Below, piece by piece: positions 37,755 to 50,100 of a DNA stretch of 64,000 bases. Under the pieces are notes generated by a model. The model did not search any database. It worked only from the letters and a program-made list of their open reading frames with translations, and was not told the DNA's origin. The first letter of the stretch is position 1. The number at the start of each line of letters is the position of its first letter. Made by a program: the position numbers and the translations under genes. The DNA is from a virus (taxonomy: Duplodnaviria; Caudoviricetes): the IMG/VR virus record IMGVR_UViG_3300031555_001437; one strand, given 5' to 3'.

Positions 37755-38318
37755 ATGAATATTCAAGATTTTGTTCAGGATTTTAAAAACAAGGGCATCA
37801 AGAATACTCAACTGAAGCCCAACGCAATCGGAGAATATCTCCAGGAGCACTTGGAAATTAAGACCTATATTCCGTTTGATATGAAGCGTAGACTTGCGGA
37901 AATGGTCGTTGATGTAAATACGGAAGAGGTAGATGGTGTGTGGAAGCACGACTCTATTAATGCGTATTTATCTTTTATTGTCGCAATGGTGCAGAGCCAC
38001 ACGAACTTGGAGTTTTCTGGCGACCCCGTTGCGGACTATGATATCCTTGCGGAAAACGAGTTGCTGGCTCCTATTATTGAGCTGTTCCGCACAGATTATA
38101 ATGAGTGTGACGTTGTGCTAAAGATGGCGCTCGCAGCTAAGCTAGATGAGAACAATATCAGTGCTATTATCGGCAGATTTTTGAACGGCGTGCTTGTTAA
38201 GCTTGACGGCGTCGGAGAAGTGTTGAAGTCTGCTGTTGGCGATTTTAACATTCAGGATATTATGGGAAAATTTAACGAGGAAGATTTGACCAAGCTAGTT
38301 GGTCTTTTGAATAAGTAA
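37755..38318 (+). CDS. Conserved hypothetical phage protein (pre-tape-measure)
   Basis: ATG 37755 after AAGGAG. 'IKTYIP...K' and 'TNLEF...YD.L' pattern. Confidence 0.6.
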   Translation: MNIQDFVQDFKNKGIKNTQLKPNAIGEYLQEHLEIKTYIPFDMKRRLAEMVVDVNTEEVDGVWKHDSINAYLSFIVAMVQSHTNLEFSGDPVADYDILAENELLAPIIELFRTDYNECDVVLKMALAAKLDENNISAIIGRFLNGVLVKLDGVGEVLKSAVGDFNIQDIMGKFNEEDLTKLVGLLNK

Positions 38319-38340
38319 AATTTGAAGGAGTTGATGGTAT

Positions 38341-38898
38341 ATGGCTAGGACCAAAACCATAGAAGAAATACTGCAAGAACTGAAAGATGATTATAAATCT
38401 GTATTACTTAAGGCGGTTAATAAAGCCACAGATGTTGCGTGTGAGGATGTGTATAAGGTTTCTATGTCGTTATTAGATCGTTATTATGCTAACTATATGC
38501 CATCAAGTTATAACCGCACGGATAGTTTATATAAGGCTGCTGTTCCAATTGCCGAAGTTAAAGATCACGGCGACGAGATTATTAGTACGTTTGGTATTGG
38601 GTATGATGCGTCTTTGCTGTCTGGGGCATATGATGGTATGGAACCGTGGGAATCAAAAATGGTCAACGTTCGAGGAGAGATGGTGCAATTTGACACGTTC
38701 GAAGATTGGGTTATCGGAAACTATTTGTATGGCATACATCCAGCAACGAACGGAAGCAGCGACCCAGACACGGTTGTGTATACTCCGTGGTATGACAAAA
38801 TGGCTCCAGACCACTTTTTGAAAAAATACTTACAGTGGTATCAGAAAAGATTTAGCAATAATGTTAATAATTACATTATTAAGCATATTACAAAATAA
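38341..38898 (+). CDS. Putative tail completion/neck-associated protein
   Basis: 'YY..Y.P..Y.RT..L' motif, directly upstream of the tape measure gene. Confidence 0.5.
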   Translation: MARTKTIEEILQELKDDYKSVLLKAVNKATDVACEDVYKVSMSLLDRYYANYMPSSYNRTDSLYKAAVPIAEVKDHGDEIISTFGIGYDASLLSGAYDGMEPWESKMVNVRGEMVQFDTFEDWVIGNYLYGIHPATNGSSDPDTVVYTPWYDKMAPDHFLKKYLQWYQKRFSNNVNNYIIKHITK

Positions 38899-38919
38899 CG
38901 ACAGAGAGGAGGAATTTAT

Positions 38920-41900
38920 ATGGCTCTAGGTTCAGATGTTCAATATAAAGCCAGCGTATTGTTTCAGGCTGCGTATGACAAAGAGTCTGCGAAAAATTTT
39001 GAAAATCGTCTCGTAGATCTTTCAAAAAACGCTGCGGAGATGTCAAAAAAAGAATTTGCCAAAGCTTTTAAGGGGCTAGGCAATATAATTAACGAGGCTC
39101 TCCGTACTTTGAAAATGCCAGAGATCGATGTGTCTAATATCTTAAAAACAAATACAAACATTGAGGCATTTAGCAAATTGGGCGAGGAGTTTGGTGAGAG
39201 TTTTAACGCGGGCATTGAGCTTGCTTTAACGAATAACGGAAACATTAACAAACTTTTAGAAATAAAAAGAAGAGAGCTTGAGAAAAGTTCTTTGTATAAA
39301 GCAACACAACGCGCACATGCCATCAAACATCTCACAAAAGATGGAGAAGCATACAATATTAGATCTGGAAATATCCGTGGTAGAGACTTTTCAAATACAG
39401 AAACTGAGAACATTGCTGCGGAGATGGATGATATTTATAAAAATATCGAAAATCTTGCGGTTGCTTTAAAGTCGATAAATAGTAAAACACATCCAGATGA
39501 GTTCAGAGCAAAATTTAATAGTTTGCAAGACGAGATTACGAAGTACATAGAAGGCGTTGTTGGATTACAAGATATCCCCTCTTTGTCTACAAATCCTAAA
39601 TACACAGTTAAATCACTTAGACAGCTGACAGCTAAATATGGTTTTGATGAAGAATATTGGGAAACAGTATTTAAAAGTTATCAAAAAAATCTCAAAGAGA
39701 AACAAGGGACAGAAGCATACACTAGAATGCTTGAACTCGAAGATGCTATCAGTAAACTAGAAGCACAAGCTAAATACGCATCAAAGTCTATTCGAGATAT
39801 TACTCAGGCAGTAGGGGAAATGTCTTCTTTGAGTCGACCAGAGCAAAAGAAAAAAGTTAAGGGTGTTGAGCAAGTAATTTCTGATGTTGAAAGCGGAAAA
39901 GCTGGACAGGTTGGAAGGGCGTTTAATCAATATAAGGATGCTAAGGATGCGGGCTCTGACTGGGTTACGATGTATTCAAAAGCCCTGAAGTTCTTGACTG
40001 CGTTCAACGCAATGAACCCAGAAAAACAGTTAACTGCAGAAAGAGACTGGCGTATACTGGCGGAACGTCTTAACCCGATGTTTGACCAGATAAAGAGTTC
40101 ACTGGAGTTATTTGTTCAGACTGCAAATGCGCGTCTATATCCTCCTTCTGGAGGTGGAGATGGCACTGGCGGAGGCACAGGTGGCGGTTCTGGCTCTGGT
40201 ATAGGTGCTGGAGGAAGCGGCTCTGGAGGCGTTGGTGCTGGTACACAGCCAGAGCAATCTAATAACGCTCCTAAAATAGAAGAAGAGAACAATGCTCTTA
40301 AAGAAAAACTAAATCTTCTCAAACAAATTGCTGCTGCATATGAATATCAGGCGGATGCCGAATTGGACGACAATGACCAAGAGTGGGATAACGCTAGAGA
40401 GTCAGTAGAGGAGTTTGAAAATGCATATTATTCGGCTATTGTCACTATGCAAGATGGCTCTAAGGTTGAGTTGTTGCTGGACGATGAATTTGCTGAAACG
40501 GCTCAGAATATTTTGGCTGATGCAAAAAATATTCAAAATATAGACCTTGTACCGAAGAGCGCCGAAGCTGCGATTCAAGCATATAATCATGTTGAGCAAG
40601 TACAAGCAAATATTCGTTCTTCTTTGAGTAGGTCGTGGAGTCAGCCAATTAATGGCAAAACAGAAGATGCTCTATTGTATTTAGGTCGGACGAGAACGAT
40701 GTTGGAAACTGCTATTTCCAACATGAACCAGGGTGATCCAGACGGTTCATGGGATTTCTCTGGCGCACAACAAACCGCAACCCAGTTGCTGTCTACAATT
40801 GAAGACATGCAGCAAAAGTTTGCGATGATGTTGCAAACAGAGCATAAGTTAAAAGAAATGAATATCACCCCTGACGCAGAACATTATTATGATGTTGTTG
40901 AAGGAATTAAAAATAACACGCTTACTACTGTCGACCAGTGCATTGCGAAGTATAAAGAGCTAGCTGGAATTGTTGATGTTGTAGACGATAAGACGGATAC
41001 AACTCCCGAAACTGGCAGAGGCGCAGGAGATGAAAGTGGCTCTGGTGGTTTTGGTTCTGGTTCTGGCGATGGAGGTGGCGGTGGTCCAAATGATGGGGAG
41101 CTCAAAAACCTCGAGGCTATTGAATCTGTGGTTGGACGTATTAAAACGGCGGTAGGTGAAAAATCGAAAGCGTTCTTAGAAGAGCAGGTCATTGTAAAGA
41201 GAGTCGCACAGTCTGAAGTCCATTCTTTGGGTGAAGTAGAGAAAAAAGTTAATGCCGTAAGAGTAGCGCTAGAGCGTATTTGTGGTGGTAAGATTAGCTC
41301 TGGCATGATGACCATCAACATCAAGACTAGCGGAAATGGCAGTGGCAAGAAGCCTGGAACTGCTAAGAGCGGTATGGATGATGAGATTTTTGACGCTAAA
41401 ATCGCAACACAATTCTCAAAGTTATTTTTAATGACAGAGCAACTCAGAGCGTCTGGTAAACTAACCGACACGGTTAGAGACAAACTAGATTTACTCTGGG
41501 ATGATTTAAATAATGTGAGCGACGCTAAGTCTCTTACACTATGGAGAGAAGAGTTTGCTCAGATTAATAATGAGATTAAAGAAATTGCTCTTGCAAATAA
41601 ATCTGTTGAAGATGTTGACGTAGACCCGTTTAGTGCTGCACTTGAAAATGCAAAATTATATAACAAGTTTGTGCTGAAAATGCACGGAACTAATGACGCC
41701 GAACTCAAGAATAAATACGAAACGATGGCAAACGATCTTCTAGTTGAGCAGTCTCAGTTGTTAAATGGGATTGTACTAACCAAAGAGCAAGAGAAGCAGC
41801 TAGATGATTTGAAAAATCAAAGAGAGCTTGATATTCTTGAATTACAAAAGAAGCAGGAACTGCAGGCCAAAAAGGCTGCAGATGCAAAAGCCAAAAACGA

Positions 41901-43176
41901 GATAATAGAGGCAAATAAAAAACTGGGTCAGTTGCAAGCGCAGCAAGAACAAGCTCCAAAAGAAATTCAAGGTTCTTTTGACTACTTAATTAACCAACAG
42001 AAACAAATCATAGAAGACAAGTCTAAGTTGTTGAGTATAGATAAAGAATTGTACGATGCAGATCGTGTTAAAGCGTACAATGAAGCAATCGGAAGACTTA
42101 AGATTGAAGAGGCTAAAGCTAATCACAGAGAGGATATTAGTGAGTCCAATCGTACGTTTAGACGCCAAGTAGCAAACTCTAGAACGAATGCGCAGTTATC
42201 AAGATCTCGCTCTACGGTTTTTGCAGGGCAGGAGATTATCAGTAATCTTGATAAGATAAAAAATGCCGTTGGTGTCACAGAAGCCAGCAAGGCAAAAATA
42301 AATGAATTGCGCGGCGCTTTGGATGACCTAAAGCAAACATATAACACTCTTAATAATCAGGCTGAACCAATTTCTAAAGAAGACGCCGATAAAGTTATTA
42401 GTCAAACAAACAATGTTCGTCTGCTAAATGCAGAAATGAAAAAGCTGTTAGAGCAACATCAGAAATTGAGCGGAGACAATGTTGATGTTATTGGGGTATA
42501 TAGCCCCAAAATGACCAGAAAAGATATAGAAGATCAAACCCTAGAATGGTACAAAAAAATGCACCAGCAAAACCCAGACGAATATAAGGGTATTAATATC
42601 AAAGGGTTTGACGATAACGGGAATTTAATTGCATCGCTAAAATCTGGTGCAAAAGAGTTTACTAATATTTCTGTAGCTGTCGACAAACTGTCTGGTAACA
42701 TAGCTGTTGTTCGTGGCCAGGTCAAAAAGACTCTTGGCCCTGTTGATTTGATTATCGATAAAACAAAACAGTTAGGATATTATTTAACTGGTTCATTTTT
42801 GATTAATTTTGCTAGGCAGCAGGTTCAAAAGGGAATTCAGTATGTAAGAGAAATTGATAGTGCTTTAACTGACTTAAAAAAAGTAACAGATGAAACAGAA
42901 GAAACATATGAAAAATTTTTGGATACAGCGAGTAAAACTGCAGACAAGGTAGGAAGTACGATAAAGGAAATTGTAAGTTCTACTGCAGATTGGAGCCGTC
43001 TTGGTTATTCTCTCGAAGATGCGGCAAAGCTTGCAGAAACAACTTCTGTTCTGTTGAATGTATCTGAATTTTCAAGTATAGACGAAGCAACGAGTGCACT
43101 GACCAGTACGTTGCAGGCGTTTGGATATACGGCAGATAACGCTATGGGCGTTGTAGATGTCATGAACGAAGTGGGT
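38920..43176 (+). CDS. Tape measure protein, exon 1 (1419 codons)
   Basis: Helical protein with TMP core 'IDSALTDLKKVTD...WSRLGYSL...VVDVMNEVG'. It continues in frame as NNFAVSS at 44170 once the intron is removed. Confidence 0.9.
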
Positions 43177-44169
43177 AAATATATTGCCCGTAGATAACTA
43201 TATCGGTTAAAGGCTGGGGACAGCTTAGACCGAGGTAAGATGAATTAAAACATTAAACATTATTAAATAAAGGAGTGGAATGAGATATGTTAGAAAGCAT
43301 AACTTTGTCACGAGAACAACAGCAAATTATTTTGGGTGGACTATTAGGGGACGCGTATTTTAATCAAAAAAGAAAAATTATTAGGTTTTCTCATAGCATC
43401 AAACAAGAAGAGTATTTGAATTGGAAGTACTCTTTTTTTAATGCAGACGATATTAACGGGATATATACTAGACAATATAAAGAAGGGCATATTAACAAGT
43501 ATTTCGAATTAACAAACAAGAATAAGTGCGTAGATATATTTTATGATTATTTTAAAAAATATTTATACAGTAACGATGGTCGTAAAAAAATTTCTTTGAA
43601 ATACTTAAAAAATATCGATGCATTTGGATTGGCCATTTGGTGGATGGATGATGGTAGCCTGTCTATCCACAAAGGTAATAGATATGGGAAATTATGTACT
43701 GAATGTTTTAATTACGAAGAACAAATATTGTTACAAAAATATTTTAAAGATATTTGGAATATTAATGTGGACATAAAGTCTGAAAAAAACAAATATTACT
43801 TCTTGCGTTTTAACGTCGGCGCATTACGAAAATTAATTCCTATTATTTATCAATATGTTTGTATGGTTCCAAGTATGATTTATAAAATAGATTTGGACTA
43901 TACGAATCAAAAATGTATTGGAGATTTGAAGGAAATTTATGATTACATCAAAATCCATCAATCAAATAATGTTTTAATTACATCAACTTTAACGACTGCA
44001 GGGTGTGCATAGTAATATGCATGCTGAAGTTATCCTTATGAAAGTAAGTAATATACAGTCTGATCTCACACTATAATCTAACAATGAAATGTGAGAGGTA
44101 GGATGAAAGTCCTATCCGCCACTTCAAGTGGTCAGTAGTTATTGTGAAATAACGAAAGTAACAGATTCG
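43177..44169 (+). ncRNA. Group I self-splicing intron (IA-like), 993 nt
   Basis: Exon ends in U with P1 GGGU/GCCC. Intron ends in G (44169). P3 GATAACT 43193-99/AGTTATC 44028-34. P4 TCGGT/ACCGA. P5 AGGCTG/CAGCTT. P6 43239-54/43968-84. P7 GACTG 43994-98/CAGTC 44056-60. P7.1, P8 and P9 hairpins present. Confidence 0.93.
43287..44012 (+). CDS. Intron-encoded LAGLIDADG homing endonuclease (LAGLIDADG_2-type, two motifs)
   Basis: 'IILGGLLGDA' and 'GLAIWWMDDGS' motifs. AT-rich, own RBS AAGGAG, located in the P6 loop. Confidence 0.92.
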   Translation: MLESITLSREQQQIILGGLLGDAYFNQKRKIIRFSHSIKQEEYLNWKYSFFNADDINGIYTRQYKEGHINKYFELTNKNKCVDIFYDYFKKYLYSNDGRKKISLKYLKNIDAFGLAIWWMDDGSLSIHKGNRYGKLCTECFNYEEQILLQKYFKDIWNINVDIKSEKNKYYFLRFNVGALRKLIPIIYQYVCMVPSMIYKIDLDYTNQKCIGDLKEIYDYIKIHQSNNVLITSTLTTAGCA

Positions 44170-47100
44170 AATAATTTTGCAGTATCAAGTGACGGAATAG
44201 CTACAGCGTTGCAAGATTCTGCGAGCTCGTTGATGGCCGCAAACAACAGCTATGAAGAGGCGGTTGCGTTAATAGCAGCTGCAAACCGAGTCGTTCAGGA
44301 CCCAAATAGCGTAGGCAGCGCCCTGCGTACGATTTCATTACGTTTGCGCGGAACAAGTGTAAAAGAACTCGAAAGCGCAGGCGAAGACACGTCTGGTGTT
44401 ATCGAGTCTAAGAGTAAACTCAGAAGTAAAGTAAAATCACTCTCTGGAGTAGATATATTAACAGATACTGGCGCATATAAGAGCACCTATGAAATCTTAT
44501 TGGAAATCTCAAAAGTTTGGTCTGATATTTCTGACACTGACCAAGCCGCATTACTTGAGATTCTCGCTGGTAAAAACCGCGCTAATACTGCAGCGGCTAT
44601 ACTTGGTAACCAAAAAGACCTAGAAGAAGCATATGCTAGCGCATTAAAAGCAGAGGGTAGTGCATTAAAAGAAAACGAAAAATACCTCGACTCTATCCAG
44701 GGCCGACTTGACCAGTTTACTAACGCAGTACAAACAATGTGGAGCAATACCATTTCAAGCGAATTGATTAAAAATGTTGTTCAATTCGGTACTGGGGTGG
44801 TAAACATTGTAGAGGATATTGGATTAATCCAGACCGCCCTATTAGCTACATTTGCAATTATCATGAAAACTCAAAAACTTTCTATCAAAGAGTTTTTGGT
44901 AGATATTTGGAAATGGATAGTTAACCTAAATGATTCTTTATCAAGATTGCCAGATAAATTACAGAATGTTAAATCTGTTTTATCTGGGATTAAAGAGTCT
45001 GTGTCTGCGACTATCAAGTCTATGGCTGAATATGCTAAGGCATTGCGCAGCATAGACAGTGAGTCTCTAAACTCTGTTTTGGGCAAAGCTGGTCTCAGTG
45101 GCCCGACAAAAGAATTGTCGGCACAACAGAAACAGACAGCGATGTCAGTTCTTGGTGAAGCCGCTGCGAATAAAGAGCTTACAGGCCAGCAAGCTGTTGC
45201 ATTAGCTCAAAAATATAAGCTAATTAAAGCTGAAGATGGCCTAAATGTTGCATACGCATCTAATGTGATGCGCGTAGCTGGAGTAAATCGTGAAACTCGT
45301 AAGTCAATTATTTCCACTCTAGGATTGAGTACGTCTACAAAAAAACTAACAAAAGATGAAATTATTAACGCTGCGGCTAAGGCTGGCATTACAGACGCAG
45401 CCGAGCAAGAAACAATAGCCAATATTCTTTTAGCTAAGTCAAATATGACTCTTAAAGAGTCTATCGGTGGCTTATTAAAGACAATGGCTCCGATGCTTGC
45501 AATTGCTGGTGTTATTGCTGTAGTTACTTTGCTAAGAAAAGCAATCGATTGGGCCACCGAAACAATGGAAGAAGCGCAAGAGGCATTTGATGAAATGTCT
45601 GATGAGTTGTCTGATATTAAACAAGACTTACAAGACCTGGAATCTCAACTTGAAACTATAAATGACCAGATAGACGAATTACAAAATAAAGGAACGCTAT
45701 CGTTCACAGAAGAGGAAGAACTTAGTAGACTCAAAGAAGAGAGCGCGGAACTTGAGCGCCAGATATCTTTGAAAAATCAGCTATATTCTCAACAGCAAAA
45801 AAAGGTAAACAGTGAGGCTGTTGATATTGCTAACAAATATAAAAACGTCGGTGTGAAGTCTGGTAAAACTACTGGCGAGCGAGCTGCATCTTGGGGAAAA
45901 GGCGGGGCAGTTGCTGGTGCCATAGGTGGAGTCGCAGCGGCCGCTATTTTAGCTATCGCTGGAGCGGTAACTGGAGGTGTAGCGTGGGGCGTAGCTGCCG
46001 CTCTCGGAGTTGCTGGCGCTGTAAGCGGAGCTAGTTCTGGAGGTATGATTGGCGGAATACTTGGCGCTGCAGAAGAAAAAGTTGACGACTCTCTTGATAA
46101 TATGAGAGAAAGATACGCCGAGCTTGAGAAGGAATACTCTGAGGCACAAACAAAATATCGGGAAACTGGCAAAGATAAACACAAGGAAAAATATGATGAG
46201 GCTTCTGAGGCACTGTCTGAATATGAAGCCGAAATGGCTCAGTATCTGAGCGAAATGGACGCTTATTATAGCTCCATAGACCTTAGCGTTTATGATCCAG
46301 TAAAAGACGCAGAAGAAATTGCTCGTTTGCGCCAAGAAATGAATGATTTCTACGACACTCAGGATAAGTGGGCTATTCAAACTGGCGGAGCTGATGCAAA
46401 ATACAACGCTATAACTCGCATATTTGGTCAAAATGCAGATGAGACATTAAAAGATATTAAAGCGGACATTGAAGGCGTAATAAAATCAACAGAGTCAACT
46501 GGAAAAGATGTTGATATCAATCTTGAGGATATGTTCCCAGGTGATGAAGAGTTTAATAAATTTAAGCAAAGACTCTACGATATGGGCATTTATGTCTCAG
46601 ATGTTGAACGATACTTCAATGACTTAGCAGAGGCTAAAGACGACGCTTTGAACACTGACGATTATATTGGTGTTGCGAAAAACATATCGTCGATAACGGA
46701 TAAGCTAGAAAGCTTGAAGAGTGTCATTTCCGAGATAAGAGAAAACGGCATAGTCTCGTCAAAAACAATGGATGAGCTCAATGAATCTTTTGGTTCGATT
46801 GATGCAATATCCGACGAATGGAATAGATTTGTTGAAGTAATGATGCTTGGGTCTGCAAGTACAGCAGAAATGAAGGCTGCAGTTGAAGACCTTGTTGGAG
46901 CATGGTTGGACAATCAGGTTCTTAATGGGCCGATGACAGAATATGAAAAAGTGGCAATATCTTTACAGCTTGCTGCACTCGGTGTTAAGAATGCTTTCGA
47001 AGTTGTAAATGACGCCCAAAAAGAAGCTGGTCTTAATGCGGTGTCTGACGCAATTCAAGATAAGTTACAAAAGAAAGACGCAATCGAGGCCGTTGACGCA

Positions 47101-50100
47101 AAAGATAGAACAAAAGAACAAAAAGAACAACTGAAACAGCTAACCGAAGAATTAAAAAATGTTGACGTTGATTCTGATTGGATAGCTAGCATTGCAGAAC
47201 AGTATGGGTTGACAAATGATGAATTAAGAGACCATATTGATTTGCTAAAACGCAAAGCAGAATTGGAAAAGCAGCAAGCAGAAATAGATGCTTATAATAC
47301 CGCAAAAGAAAACAAAGAAACGCTAGAAAAACAATTAGAAGAAGAGAAGGACAAATATACCGTCAAAACCGACCGTAAGGGAAATACTAGGAGAACTAGA
47401 CATACCGAAACAACATATTTTGATTCGGAAGGCAATAAAGTATCGAAAGAAGAATATGAAGCTCATAAAGCAAAAATCGATGAACTGCAAGATAAGATAG
47501 ACAAAGAAGAGAAAATTATCGTTGATTTGAAGCCGTCTGCAAATGAGAATGAAATTAGCGAAGAACTTGAAGATATTAACAAACAAATCGAATCTGGAAT
47601 TACGGATAGTGTTGAAATAAAGTTAGATTTTGAAGATTTTGATGCTGATATAGATTCAATACAAAATGCTTATTCTACATTAACTGATGCTGTAAAAGAA
47701 TATAATAAAAACGGCTACCTGACGCTTGATAATTTGCAGTCTTTGTTATCGTTGAGCCCAGAGTATTTGGCATGTCTCCAAATGGAAAACGGACAGCTTA
47801 GTATTAATAGACAAGCTCTCGAGGCGATGATACAGGCTAAACTAGCAGATGCCAAGGCTACCGTTGTTCAAAAAGCAATAACGCAACTAAATGAACTAGC
47901 AACAAGAAAAGAAACTGATGCCATTAATAATAGTAGTGTAGCAGCGTCAAACGCAGTTGGTGGCTTGGGGACATATGCGGCGGCTCTTAGCAATGTATCG
48001 AAAGATGCGATTACTGCGGCTGGCTCTGTTGCCGCATTTAATGCCGCGGTTGCTGGCGCGCAAGCAAATGAATTGGTTGACCAGGCTGAAATTGATGCTA
48101 TATTAAGTAGCATGGATGCTCAGCTTCAGATGATAGACGATGTTAGCCTAAATCTCAACACTAATTTTAAATCAATTGTTTCGCCAAACGGCGGCGGAAG
48201 CGGCAGTGACAAAACAGATGAAGCAAATGAAGCTCTCGACAATCTCACTAAAAAATACGAACGCAAAGTTAATAACCTTGAGAACCAACAAGAATATCTC
48301 CAAAATAAAATCGATACGCTCGAGGCTCAAAAAGAATACGATCCGCAGAATGCTAAAGGTATATCTACCGATTATTACGAAGAGCAAATACGTCTGGAAA
48401 ACGAAAAATTGAAGCTATATCGTGCAGAGTATGCCGAACTTTCTAAACTCGAAAAAACAGATGAAGTAGCTGAACGTATGTGGGAACTCGAACATGCCAT
48501 TCAAGAGTCTGCACAACGTACTCTCGAATTCAGACAGAGTATCGCAGAACTCTATAACACAGCGTTCGAAGACATTCAAACCGCTGGGGACAACAAGGAT
48601 GATTATCTCCAAGACCAAAAGGATTACATCGAGGCATACATTGAGGCTCAAGGTAGAGACACGACAAAAGCTGACCTTGAGCAATTGCGCACTATCACAG
48701 AGCAACAAAGAAAAGATCGCGAGGAAACACTTGAAGACCTAAAGGCAACACTGAAACAAGGTGTTGACTCTGGTGCAATCAAAGAGGGTTCTGACATCTG
48801 GATTCAGATGAACGACGAAATCCGTGCAACAGAACTCGCAATTCAAGACGACACCAAAGCTATCAATGAATATAGCGAGGCTATCAAGAGCATTCCAGTT
48901 GAAGTGTTTGACCGCATGCGCGAGGCGTTTGGGTTCAGAGACCAGGTATATAACAATCAAATTGATTATATCGAAGGTTGGATGGAGCTTGCAGAAAAGC
49001 AGGGGTACGACGTTCCTAATGAAGCTCTTGACAAGATTCTTGCTATCTATGGCAATGCAAAAGAAAATAATCTAGCAGACATTTACAGCGCCATGGAAGA
49101 CCTGCCTAAGATAGAGGCTGAATTCGGAGTTAACAGCGAAGAGTATCAAAACGCATACCTGAAATTGTCAGATTTAATCAAGCAGGGTCTTGATATCGAT
49201 AACGCAATTGCAGATACGCAGCAACGCCAAAAAGAACAACCGATTAATGAGTTTGAAGATACTAAAGACTGGTTCGCGTTTGAAGACAGTTTGATTGAGA
49301 AGCGAAAAGAATCTATTGAGAACTACATCTCGAAGTTAGAAGAAAGCGGAGATTTCGACGGTCTTGAGACAAAGTATGGTGAGTTGATTCAGGCAGAGCA
49401 AGACGATATTGATATGAACATGCAGGAGCTCACAGCGACAGAGGCGGCAATCAAAGCGGCTATTGACGCTGGATATACTATGGAGGATGAAGAGCTCCAG
49501 AATTTAATATTGCACTATGGCGACGTTGAAAGCGAAATTGCAGCCAGCAGAGACCGACAGGCTGAGCTTAACAAAGAGATTGACTCTATTCCAGTTAAGA
49601 AGCTCGAGGAGTTGAAAAACGGATATGCGTTTATCAATGATGTTCTTGGTTCTTATCGTGATGTCACTAAGGGCTGGATAGACTTGTTTAAAAACGTTGG
49701 AAGCGCTATTCCAGATGAGCTATATAATGAATTGTTCGAAATCAACGAGCTCATGCAGGGGCACAATACCAATAACCTCGCAGATTCACTTGCTGCGTTT
49801 GAAGACATTAAAGCTAAGTACGCTCCTAACACAAAAGAATACCAAGATGCGGTTAATCATATTGCCTCTCTGTATATGGAAGAAGTTAATCTTGCAACAG
49901 AGGCGCAGTCTTACAATCAAGAAATGGCAGAAGCAAACGAAGAGGCGGGTAACATTCCAGTTGAGAATTTCGAAAGAATGCGAGATGCCTTTGCGTTTAT
50001 TGCAGATGTATTAGCAAGCACTCAGGGCTATATCGAAAGCTATATTAGTCTCTTTGAAGAACTTGGCGTTGATGTCCCAATGGAATTATATGACAAGCTA

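Noticed and set aside
38920-44169. Tape measure gene as a broken pseudogene or two genes (ORFs ending at 43197 and starting at 44128)
   Set aside because: Fully explained by a group I intron. The GTG at 44128 lies in intron P9 structures and has no RBS.
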